From: Oligoflexus sp.
GTDB lineage: Bacteria; Bdellovibrionota_B; Oligoflexia; Oligoflexales; Oligoflexaceae
DNA: 10,775 bases
Assembly: GCA_041736305.1 (NCBI GenBank)
Contig: JBGSTX010000080.1
Location: 1-10,775 of the forward strand
Direction of reading: 5' to 3'
Shown here: positions 1 to 7,009 of the stretch, piece by piece
How positions within the stretch are numbered: the first letter of the stretch is position 1
How the letters are laid out: every line of letters begins with the position of its first letter
Made by a program: the position numbers and the translations under genes
The notes under the pieces: generated by a model
What the model was told of the DNA's origin: nothing
The model's database searches: none
The model's input: the letters and a program-made list of their open reading frames with translations, nothing else

Positions 1-408
1 GTGGCCTTTTTGCGGCTTCTTTTTTCTTTCGTATCAATATCTTATATCCTTAAACTCTACTCACCCTGGGTTTTTGCCTGGATTCAGCCCAGACAGGATC
101 TAAGTTATAGAATAGCATGGTTTAAGAAGTGAAGAGTAGAGTATGAGACTTTAAACCATTTTAAAGCATAGTTTAGTGTGGATTCAGCAAGTCAGACTCA
201 TTAAGCTATGTCGTAGGATGATTTAAAGAAGAGAGTGGACTCGATTCTTTGACGCATCTAATCCACCTGGCTGACCATAGACCTAAAGAAGCGTTTCGAG
301 CCTAAAGCAGCTGGTGGTGGCGAGACATCGTCACCACCTCATCCGTAAGTTCGGACCACCCGCCAAATTAGATGACAAATATCTAATATTAATACAAAAA
401 TCAGCCAT

Positions 409-435
409 TAAGCCTTCTAATCAATCCGCCGATAG
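409..435 (+). promoter_or_regulatory. sigma-28 (FliA)-type promoter upstream of fliG
   Basis: TAAG (409-412), exactly 15 nt, then GCCGATAG (428-435). This matches the FliA consensus TAAA-N15-GCCGATAA and lies 26 nt before a flagellar gene with RBS AGGAG (451-455). Confidence 0.7.
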
Positions 436-461
436 GGTTTCCAGACAGGAAGGAGTCCCTC

Positions 462-1457
462 ATGTCGGCTTTAAAGTTAGATTCAGCAGAAAAGGTAGCC
501 ATTCTTCTCCTAGCCCTAGGGGAAGACATAGCTGCCGAAGTATTTCAAAACCTGCATCCTATAGAGGTAAGACGTATAGGTGCTGCCATGAGTCATCTCG
601 GGCGCATCGAACAGACGACGATTGATATAGTTATCCACGAGTTCTTAGGACTCCTGAACACCAAGAGTTCCACTCTTGGGACCAATGGCATCGACTTCGC
701 TCAGCGCGCTATTAAGTTAGCGTTCAAAGGCGAGAACGGCGAGGAGCTAGCTGCTGGAATTTCTAAAGGCGATATCAGGATGCGCTCGCTGGAGGTAGCG
801 GAGGTGCCTGCCCTAGCGCGACTGCTCCATAGTGAACTACCTCAGACGGTGGCTCTAGTCCTGGCGCATGCGACGCCTCAAAAGGCGAGTGCGCTCCTCA
901 AGCATTGGCCTGAAAGCGCCCGCACGGATCTGCTCCTGCGCATAGCCAAGCTAGGTCCTGTGGATCCCGAATCGATAGCAGAACTCGACCAACATCTTTT
1001 GAACGAGCTAGAAAGAATGGGGAACAGCCGTCAGACCAAGCTTGGGGGTACGAAGGCGGTCGCCAATATTCTCAATCGTATGGACAAGGAGGGGCTCAAA
1101 CTCCTCGACGGTTTGGGCGAGCGTCAGCCAGACTTGGCGGCTTCAGTTCGCGAGCAGATGTTCACCTTTGAAGATTTGGTTCTGCTGGATGATCGAAGCG
1201 TTCAAGAACTGATCAAAGTCGTAGCGCAGAGCAAGCTCTCGACGGCTCTGCGTGGAACTAGCGAAGCAATTCAGCAGATTTTCTTCAGAAATATGTCGCA
1301 GCGGGCGGGACAGTTGTTAAAAGAGGATATGAGTGCGACGAGTCCTCAGCGGCTCAGCGATGTTGTCAAAGTGCAGAATGAGATTTTGGAAGCGGTCAGG
1401 AAGCTCGAGGATGAGGGCAAGATCGTGATTGAGAGGGAGATGAAGAAGGTCGTCTGA
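462..1457 (+). CDS. fliG: Flagellar motor switch protein FliG
   Basis: 331 aa. N-terminal EKVAILLLALGEDIAAEVF; ELPQ at the EHPQ motif position; GG linker (KLGGTKAVANILN); MFTFEDL motif; torque helix NMSQRAGQLLKEDM; C-terminal LEDEGKIVI. RBS AGGAG present. Confidence 0.95.
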   Translation: MSALKLDSAEKVAILLLALGEDIAAEVFQNLHPIEVRRIGAAMSHLGRIEQTTIDIVIHEFLGLLNTKSSTLGTNGIDFAQRAIKLAFKGENGEELAAGISKGDIRMRSLEVAEVPALARLLHSELPQTVALVLAHATPQKASALLKHWPESARTDLLLRIAKLGPVDPESIAELDQHLLNELERMGNSRQTKLGGTKAVANILNRMDKEGLKLLDGLGERQPDLAASVREQMFTFEDLVLLDDRSVQELIKVVAQSKLSTALRGTSEAIQQIFFRNMSQRAGQLLKEDMSATSPQRLSDVVKVQNEILEAVRKLEDEGKIVIEREMKKVV

Positions 1458-1477
1458 AGACGAATAAAGCGATAAGC

Positions 1478-1510
1478 AAAAGAGAGGGAAGGCCCGGAGC
1501 CTTCCCTCTT
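1478..1510. terminator. Probable bidirectional intrinsic terminator between convergent genes
   Basis: 11-bp stem AGAGGGAAGGC (1483-1493) / GCCTTCCCTCT (1499-1509) with a 5-nt loop. The A-tract on the left gives a U-tract on the minus strand. It sits between the fliG stop and the stop of the 61-aa gene. Confidence 0.8.
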
Positions 1511-1512
1511 CA

Positions 1513-1698
1513 TCATTCTGCAGCAGCTTTAGGCTTCGGCAGATTGGTTTTGATCAAGCCCTCTTGGAGAAGGATCTTGACCTTTTCTAATCCATTAATG
1601 AATTTATGATTCTTCTTAACCATATAGCGCCCTGAGCGTTTTTTGGTAATGCGATAGGGTTTGCGAGCGGTTTTCGCTGCGCCAGTCTTCTTAGCCAT
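1513..1698 (-). CDS. Small, highly basic hypothetical protein
   Basis: 61 aa, strong RBS (CAGGAG, 7 nt before the ATG), ends at the terminator. The core KKRSGRYMVK..FINGLEKVKILLQEGLI resembles an uncharacterised family I recall from proteobacteria (not verified). Confidence 0.85.
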   Translation of the reverse strand: MAKKTGAAKTARKPYRITKKRSGRYMVKKNHKFINGLEKVKILLQEGLIKTNLPKPKAAAE

Positions 1699-1737
1699 GG
1701 CTTAATCTCCTGAAGGTAGGGTCGTGACTTTATTTTA

Positions 1738-3036
1738 TCACGACTTTCCCTCCGCGCCAGTCCCCAGTCGAAAAGCGACGCAGCGTATATGCTGTCCGCC
1801 TTGAGTGAAGCTGTGTCCAGCGATCACCGCACGGGCCGGGAGGGCGCCTATCAGAGCTTTTTCCGCGTAGGAATCGGGAATGAGGACAAAGCCTCTGAGG
1901 TCGCGTCCTGCTTTGCCAAGTCCTCGTAACCAGTAACCCAGCCCCTCATAAAACTCTGCGGGGGACATAGCGCCCTGAGCAAGTCTCTGGCCATAGGGTG
2001 GGTTGAGGGGCATAAAGATGCGAGTCGCGGATGATGAGAGAGTTTGTTGAAAGCCGTCGCCGAGGACGACCAGGGGCGGTTTGAGTCCCCAGGGTTGATC
2101 GAATCCGGCCAGGAAGTGGTCGACATTTTCCTGGAGGGTCTGGTGGACTTCAGTTTCCTTCTCGACCAGCAGGGCTGGGGGCAGGAGCTCGGCGCTGGGT
2201 ATATTGCTCTCGATGCGTTTAATGATCTGCTTCCAGCTATTGGGCGGCAGTGAAGGTAGCCGCATGACCGCATAGTTCGGCAGGCGCCAGCGGAAGGAGG
2301 GCAGTCTGCCGGCGAGGAGCATGTATTCCATGTAGAAGGTTCCGCTTCCCGCGAAGGGTACATAAACGAGATCTGCGGACCAGTCACTGGAGCGTTGGTC
2401 GGGTAGATTCATGAACCAGCTGAGGGCAGAGGCTGCGAGATGTTCTTGCAGGGGGGCCACGTGCTGCTGCTTTTTCTTATAGTGTCTGCGGTAGAGGGGT
2501 TCACCGGCTAGGGAGAAGTAAACTGTGTGTCGGTTTTCGATTTGTTCGAAGTAGAGCCGCAGTCCGGCTCTTTCCTGATCAACGCGAAAGCCTTTTTTCA
2601 TAAGGTGTTCGGTGATGAGGCCTTGGAGTTTGCCTTCGTGAAAGAGCTTGCTGCGAAAGGAGTCCACCTTAATGCGTACGGCCGCTCCGGGCGGCAGGTA
2701 GAGGTCCCATTCGATTTGTTCGAGGGCTCGTAGCAGTGAAGCGAAGCTACCGACGTGACGGCTATGGATGGACCAGAGAACGTCGGCTGCTGTAAGGAGG
2801 CGCAGGGGTAGTTCGATGAGGTTGCGAAAATCGAGGTTTTCGAGCCAGATTCCCTCTTCATTCCTGACGACTGTGGGTTCAAACTTTGAGGGTAGGGACC
2901 AGTTGCCGATGAGTCTCTGGGCTTCGGCTGCGAGTACATCGCCCCAACCCGGAGCTGGTTCGAGGCGGGCTCGGTGAGGAGCCCCATGTATTATTTTTTT
3001 GATGCGTCGGGGTAAAGAACTTAGAGAGTCGCTCAA
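1738..3036 (-). CDS. THUMP-domain class I SAM-dependent RNA methyltransferase (RlmL/UPF0020-like)
   Basis: THUMP-like N-terminal half (IEWDLYLP, SKLFH), SLAGEPLYRRHY and APLQEHLAAS segments typical of RlmL, motif I PFAGSGT and catalytic NPPYG. The TTG start overlaps the upstream TGA (TTGA), suggesting translational coupling. Confidence 0.85.
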   Translation of the reverse strand: MSDSLSSLPRRIKKIIHGAPHRARLEPAPGWGDVLAAEAQRLIGNWSLPSKFEPTVVRNEEGIWLENLDFRNLIELPLRLLTAADVLWSIHSRHVGSFASLLRALEQIEWDLYLPPGAAVRIKVDSFRSKLFHEGKLQGLITEHLMKKGFRVDQERAGLRLYFEQIENRHTVYFSLAGEPLYRRHYKKKQQHVAPLQEHLAASALSWFMNLPDQRSSDWSADLVYVPFAGSGTFYMEYMLLAGRLPSFRWRLPNYAVMRLPSLPPNSWKQIIKRIESNIPSAELLPPALLVEKETEVHQTLQENVDHFLAGFDQPWGLKPPLVVLGDGFQQTLSSSATRIFMPLNPPYGQRLAQGAMSPAEFYEGLGYWLRGLGKAGRDLRGFVLIPDSYAEKALIGALPARAVIAGHSFTQGGQHIRCVAFRLGTGAEGKS

Positions 3037-5444
3037 CGAATAACCTTTCTCAGATAGTCCTCAAGGAGGGCTTCGCCCTCGTCGTTGAGTTCGCTCTTTT
3101 TGATCTGACGAACGTCATCTAGGACGTCTTCGCGGTAGCGACGGTTGACTTGGTAATCGCGGCGCAGATCGACGTCGCCTCCAGCCACCTGATTTCCGTA
3201 GTATTGATCGCTAGAGACGCGGCGGCGTCGACCGCGTTTTCCCTGCTCCTGTTGGGAGCGGCGGGCAGCGTTTTCGGCTTGCTGCAGCAGTCGGCCGGCG
3301 AAGTCGGAGGCGGATTCTGCTTCGGCGAACTTTTCGTTATTGCCGGCTTGTACGGTAGCTTCCATGGCTTCTTTGGCGACCCTGATGCGTTCGGCGGCAC
3401 CGGGAGACATGGAGCGCATTTGCCCTTCGAGTTCGCCGGTACCTTTAATATTAGAGTTTTGGTCGAGTCGAACTGAGGCCCAGCTTTCGTTAAGGTCGGG
3501 GTTTTCTCGTTCGCTAGCCTTATCGAGTTTGGAGGAGATCGCACCCTGTCGACGTTGCAGTTCTCGCAGCTCGTTTTGGGCGTTAGCCAGACCCTGCTGT
3601 CTTTTTTGTTCCTGTTCTTGTCGGCTCGCGTCCTCTTTGCTTTCCAGAGCTTCGATCCATTGGCGGTAGGATTCTACTGTTTTTGAGAGTGACTGCAAGG
3701 CCTGATCGGTGCCAGGGGGGTCTTTGCTATCCTCTTCTCTGGTTTTTTGCAGTGCAGCTCCGAAGGGGCCTTTCTGTACTTCCTCCCATTCGCTAGGTCG
3801 ATCTTCGGGTTTGAGTCTTTCGATGCGAGACTGCCAGCGTTTCTGTCTTTCTTCGAGGAACTTCTGGGTGCGTTCGACGACTTGTCCGACCTGTACTTTT
3901 CGTTCCGCAGGTTTCTGTTCGAGCAGTCGTGAGAGGGTGCGGGCAGCTACGAAGAAGTCGCGATCCCGTTCTCTGTCGTCGAGGCTTTCGTGTTCGAAGA
4001 GGAAGCGATTGAGTTCTTCCGAGGCGGCGACCATGGCGCCTGGATTAGGTTTCTTTTCGATTTGGGAGAAGAATTCTTGGAACTCCCGAATTTGCTGACG
4101 GTCGAGTCCGTCGAAGTAGGGTGACTCTTCGGCTTGGACAGCGGCTTTCTCGGCCAGTTCGCGAATTTTTGCTAGGTCTTGGTCTTTAGGTTCCTGCAGA
4201 GCGGTATCGACTTCGGCTTTGATTTCTTTGAGGGTGTCGAGGGCTTGGCGATAGCGGCCGTAGGCGCTGGCCACGCGAACAATCAGGGTTTTGCTGCGGC
4301 CGACGAGCGATACGGGGAGGGCGCGATCGGTAGCTTCTGCGGTGATTTCTAGGTCCTGTACATCCTGTTCGAGATAGCTCTCGAGGGGCAGGCTGTAGTT
4401 GGTTTGGATTTCATGTTTATCTTGGGCGACGATATCGCTCACGAGTTCTTTGAAGGAGCGTTCGCCGCTTTTGATAATGAGTTGGACGTCTTTGAGCGGA
4501 TATTCGCCTTTGGCACGGATTTCAAGTGGTAGGGGTTTATCGTCGGGCCAGGCGACTTCGGGATCGGCGAAGGAGCTGAGGGTGACGAGGGGGACCGGTA
4601 GGGTTTTCACACGAATTTTTGCAGCTTCTTGGCGCGTGGAGAGGGTGCTGAGGTAGAGGTCAGCATCTTCGCGGAGGGCGAACGTCACCCCAAAGCGGCC
4701 GACTGCGTCTTTTTCAGAGGAGCCTTCGGCGCGCATGAGTCGGAAGGTTTGGAGGGCTTTGCCCTCTTTGTCTTTGAGTTGCAGCATGGGGGCTGCGTCG
4801 GGGGCTGCTTGGACTTCGACGGCGATGAGGTTTTGTTCGAGAACGGTGAGTTCGAGGGCTTTGCCGCCGAGTTTATAGATTTTGTCGCCGCCTTCGGTGC
4901 TCGAGCCTTCGACGACGCGAAGGTCCGCGCCGTAGCTGAGGGTGAGGATGGCTCGTTTTACGGAATGAAATGCCTGGCCCCAGGCTTGGCCTGTGCTTTG
5001 GGAGAGGATGACGAGGGCCAGGATGGGCAGCAGAAGGGAGGCAGCTTTCGATGTGAAGAGCTGGAGTCCTTCTTGTTTTTGTTTTTGGAGTTCTTGGTCG
5101 ATGTGTTGTTTCCAGTCGGGATCGAGTTCATCGGCTGTTTGCAGTTGGAAGGCGCTTTGTCGGGCGTTGGGATAGGCCATTTCAAGGGCGATGAGCCATT
5201 GTCCGACCGAGCTCATGCCGAGGCCTTTTTGCCAGCTGATGGAGAGGAAAGCGCCGAAGGCGGTGCAGAAGACGATTAGTTGTTGGATCCAGTGTTCAGG
5301 CTGGAGCCACGCCCAGAAGAGAAAGGCGCAGAGGGCCAGAATAAAGGATCGGGCGATGCGAACGAGGTGGAGGGTGGTGTTGAGTTTCTTGCGAAATCGG
5401 TTGAGACGCAGGAGGTAGAGTTCGAGCTGCGTTGCGACTTCCAT
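3033..5444 (-). CDS. Large membrane-anchored coiled-coil protein, DUF4175-like
   Basis: 803 aa. Two N-terminal TM segments plus a third near residue 140, a beta-rich Ig-like middle, a long Q/E/A/R-rich helical region and a C-terminal YREDVLD...LLEDYLRKVIR. The architecture matches DUF4175-type proteins; the family call is by resemblance. Confidence 0.7.
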   Translation of the reverse strand: MEVATQLELYLLRLNRFRKKLNTTLHLVRIARSFILALCAFLFWAWLQPEHWIQQLIVFCTAFGAFLSISWQKGLGMSSVGQWLIALEMAYPNARQSAFQLQTADELDPDWKQHIDQELQKQKQEGLQLFTSKAASLLLPILALVILSQSTGQAWGQAFHSVKRAILTLSYGADLRVVEGSSTEGGDKIYKLGGKALELTVLEQNLIAVEVQAAPDAAPMLQLKDKEGKALQTFRLMRAEGSSEKDAVGRFGVTFALREDADLYLSTLSTRQEAAKIRVKTLPVPLVTLSSFADPEVAWPDDKPLPLEIRAKGEYPLKDVQLIIKSGERSFKELVSDIVAQDKHEIQTNYSLPLESYLEQDVQDLEITAEATDRALPVSLVGRSKTLIVRVASAYGRYRQALDTLKEIKAEVDTALQEPKDQDLAKIRELAEKAAVQAEESPYFDGLDRQQIREFQEFFSQIEKKPNPGAMVAASEELNRFLFEHESLDDRERDRDFFVAARTLSRLLEQKPAERKVQVGQVVERTQKFLEERQKRWQSRIERLKPEDRPSEWEEVQKGPFGAALQKTREEDSKDPPGTDQALQSLSKTVESYRQWIEALESKEDASRQEQEQKRQQGLANAQNELRELQRRQGAISSKLDKASERENPDLNESWASVRLDQNSNIKGTGELEGQMRSMSPGAAERIRVAKEAMEATVQAGNNEKFAEAESASDFAGRLLQQAENAARRSQQEQGKRGRRRRVSSDQYYGNQVAGGDVDLRRDYQVNRRYREDVLDDVRQIKKSELNDEGEALLEDYLRKVIR

Positions 5445-5457
5445 GTTTATCCTATGG

Positions 5458-6432
5458 TTAAGCGGCTGGCATGCGTTTGCTGTGGTTCTGCATCCAAGGT
5501 ATGACGACCTGCAGAAAAGCTGTCAGCTCGTTTTCGTCGTGTGTAATAGCTTGGGCACTGATACCGGGAACTTCTGCGATTTCGAGGCAACCGGGTTTAG
5601 CATGATAGGCGATGAGTTCTCGCAGGCGTCTGCTGTTATAGAAGGTGTCGTCGAGTGGACAGACGATCAGATTCTTGCCTTGCAGTTCCTGTATAGTCGG
5701 CATCGCTGCGCGTATGGCTTGCAGAAGTTCTTGGGCAAAGCCTGCGCTGATCATGAGGGCACCATCGGAGCCACGCAGATTCATATCATCGCTCATCGGC
5801 AGGAAATAGGGCAGCAAAAACCGCGGCAGTCGAGCCTGAGGTGCGAGCACGGCCATCGTATGAATGAGAGCGCGGCTGTATGCGGGCAGCGCGGTGTGTT
5901 CCTGATAGACCGGTGCGAGCAGGATGCAGTGGGGTGCATGCTGGGGATAGGTTTTCTGGAAGTGCAGGAGGAGCAAGGCGCCTACGCCTTGTCCTATGAG
6001 GAACGGCGTACGTCTTTGCGACTTATAACGAATCCAGGCGATGACTTGGAGGAGGTCGCTGACGAGGTCATCGAAGGAGACCATTTTGCCGGCGAGTGGG
6101 CTAGAGCGTCCGTGTCCTCTCATGTCGAAGCTAAAGGTGTTAAAGCCTCGGCGGAGGAGGAATTTGGCGGCGGGTTCGTAGAGTTCAACGTTTTCGCCGA
6201 GGTCGTGGACAAAGATAACGGGGGGCCATTCGCTGTGGACGCGGGCCCAGCCTTGGACGTAGACGACGATTCCGGCATGATCGACGGGGCAGGAGAAGGC
6301 CATGTTATGTTCGGGTTCTATGTTGCCGTGATCGGGTAGAATGACGCCAGATTCACTGAGTTCGACGAAGACTTGTTGGTCTTGGAGTGAGGTGGAATTT
6401 TCGTCGATGGGAGTGTTGTGACCGGTATCCAC
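5458..6432 (-). CDS. Alpha/beta hydrolase fold protein (Hydrolase_4/lysophospholipase-like), probably catalytically inactive
   Basis: VIFVHDLGEN, FSFDMRGHGRS and SFDDLVSDL motifs of monoglyceride lipase/PldB-like proteins. The nucleophile elbow reads GQGVG rather than GxSxG. Start placed at GTG 6432 (GGAG 6 nt upstream) rather than TTG 6468. Confidence 0.85.
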   Translation of the reverse strand: MDTGHNTPIDENSTSLQDQQVFVELSESGVILPDHGNIEPEHNMAFSCPVDHAGIVVYVQGWARVHSEWPPVIFVHDLGENVELYEPAAKFLLRRGFNTFSFDMRGHGRSSPLAGKMVSFDDLVSDLLQVIAWIRYKSQRRTPFLIGQGVGALLLLHFQKTYPQHAPHCILLAPVYQEHTALPAYSRALIHTMAVLAPQARLPRFLLPYFLPMSDDMNLRGSDGALMISAGFAQELLQAIRAAMPTIQELQGKNLIVCPLDDTFYNSRRLRELIAYHAKPGCLEIAEVPGISAQAITHDENELTAFLQVVIPWMQNHSKRMPAA

Positions 6433-6481
6433 GGTGTACTCCGAAAAAAACGTCGTTGGCCTTGTCAAGTTTGATAAAGGT

Positions 6482-6490
6482 ATTATATCA
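6482..6490 (-). promoter_or_regulatory. Extended -10 sigma-70 promoter for the minus-strand operon
   Basis: TGaTATAAT on the minus strand about 50 nt upstream of the GTG at 6432. No convincing -35. Confidence 0.45.
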
Positions 6491-6538
6491 TCGGCGGTCG
6501 CACAAGTGGCGAATAGTGTGATGTTTTGTAAAGATATT

Positions 6539-6892
6539 GGGGGTGTACTGGCTTCGACGGGTGTGGTTGTTGGTTTTAAGGAGCATGTCCGGGATGGTTA
6601 CGTGACCCGGTTATAAACGCGTAACAATGCTTAGTCGGCAACGATTACGCACTCGCAGCTTAATTAAGCTGCCGCTGACCATGTTGCTGCTAGGGCCGCA
6701 TGTGAGGCGTACAATCCTCTAGCTTACTGTCGGGGTTCTCCGTCTGGGGACCAAGTCAGGACATTCAATCAGACTGCGTCCCCTGATAGTTGTCTCTGCG
6801 TGTCGGGGGAAAGAGGACAATGCGGGGTGCTAAGCATGTAGTAGCCTTTGTCGGCACACGTTCGGACGCGGGTTCAATTCCCGCCACCTCCA
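6539..6892 (+). ncRNA. ssrA: tmRNA; tag peptide (A)GNDYALAA
   Basis: 5' GGGGGTG pairs with CACCTCC (6885-6891) giving G3-U70, with discriminator A6892. 5' GGCTTCGAC motif; T-arm GCGGG-TTCAATT-CCCGC (6868-6884). PK1: CCGGG/CCCGG plus GTTACGTG/CGCGTAAC. Resume context TAGTC precedes GGC AAC GAT TAC GCA CTC GCA GCT TAA (6637-6663), with the stop in the hairpin GCAGCTTAATTAAGCTGC. CCA is not encoded. Confidence 0.97.
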
Positions 6893-6974
6893 TTCATTTT
6901 GAACCCATCAATAAGTATTTTTCTCAACGATTCCGACACTTTAATCACCGAGCTGAAAAGCTTGAGGGTTCGGG

Positions 6975-6983
6975 TGTTATAAT
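6975..6983 (+). promoter_or_regulatory. Extended -10 promoter of the integrase
   Basis: TGtTATAAT 26 nt upstream of the integrase ATG; RBS GGAG at 7001-7004. Confidence 0.55.
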
Positions 6984-7009
6984 CGTTTTGGCATGCTTAT
7001 GGAGTCAAA

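Noticed and set aside
1-132. Plus-strand frame open from the edge (VAFLRLLFSF...WFKK*), or alternatively a minus-strand TTG start at 37 (MIRKKKEAAKRP) with AAGGA upstream
   Set aside because: Both are plausible edge fragments, but they are mutually competing and too short to support without flanking sequence.
262-310. Minus-strand GGTCTATGGTCAGCCAGG resembling the 3' part of a c-di-GMP-I riboswitch
   Set aside because: The required GGCAAAC/GAAA tetraloop/GACGCAAA elements are absent, and it is the wrong strand for fliG.
314-625. 103-aa ORF overlapping the fliG start
   Set aside because: Out-of-frame overlap with fliG and its promoter, no RBS, non-protein-like composition.
1851-5504. Numerous alternative-frame and antisense ORFs within the methyltransferase and 803-aa genes (including the 216-aa ORF at 4629..5279)
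   Set aside because: Shadow ORFs of long GC-rich coding sequences; no motifs.
5443-6339. 298-aa plus-strand ORF
   Set aside because: Antisense shadow of the hydrolase-fold gene, which carries the clear family motifs.
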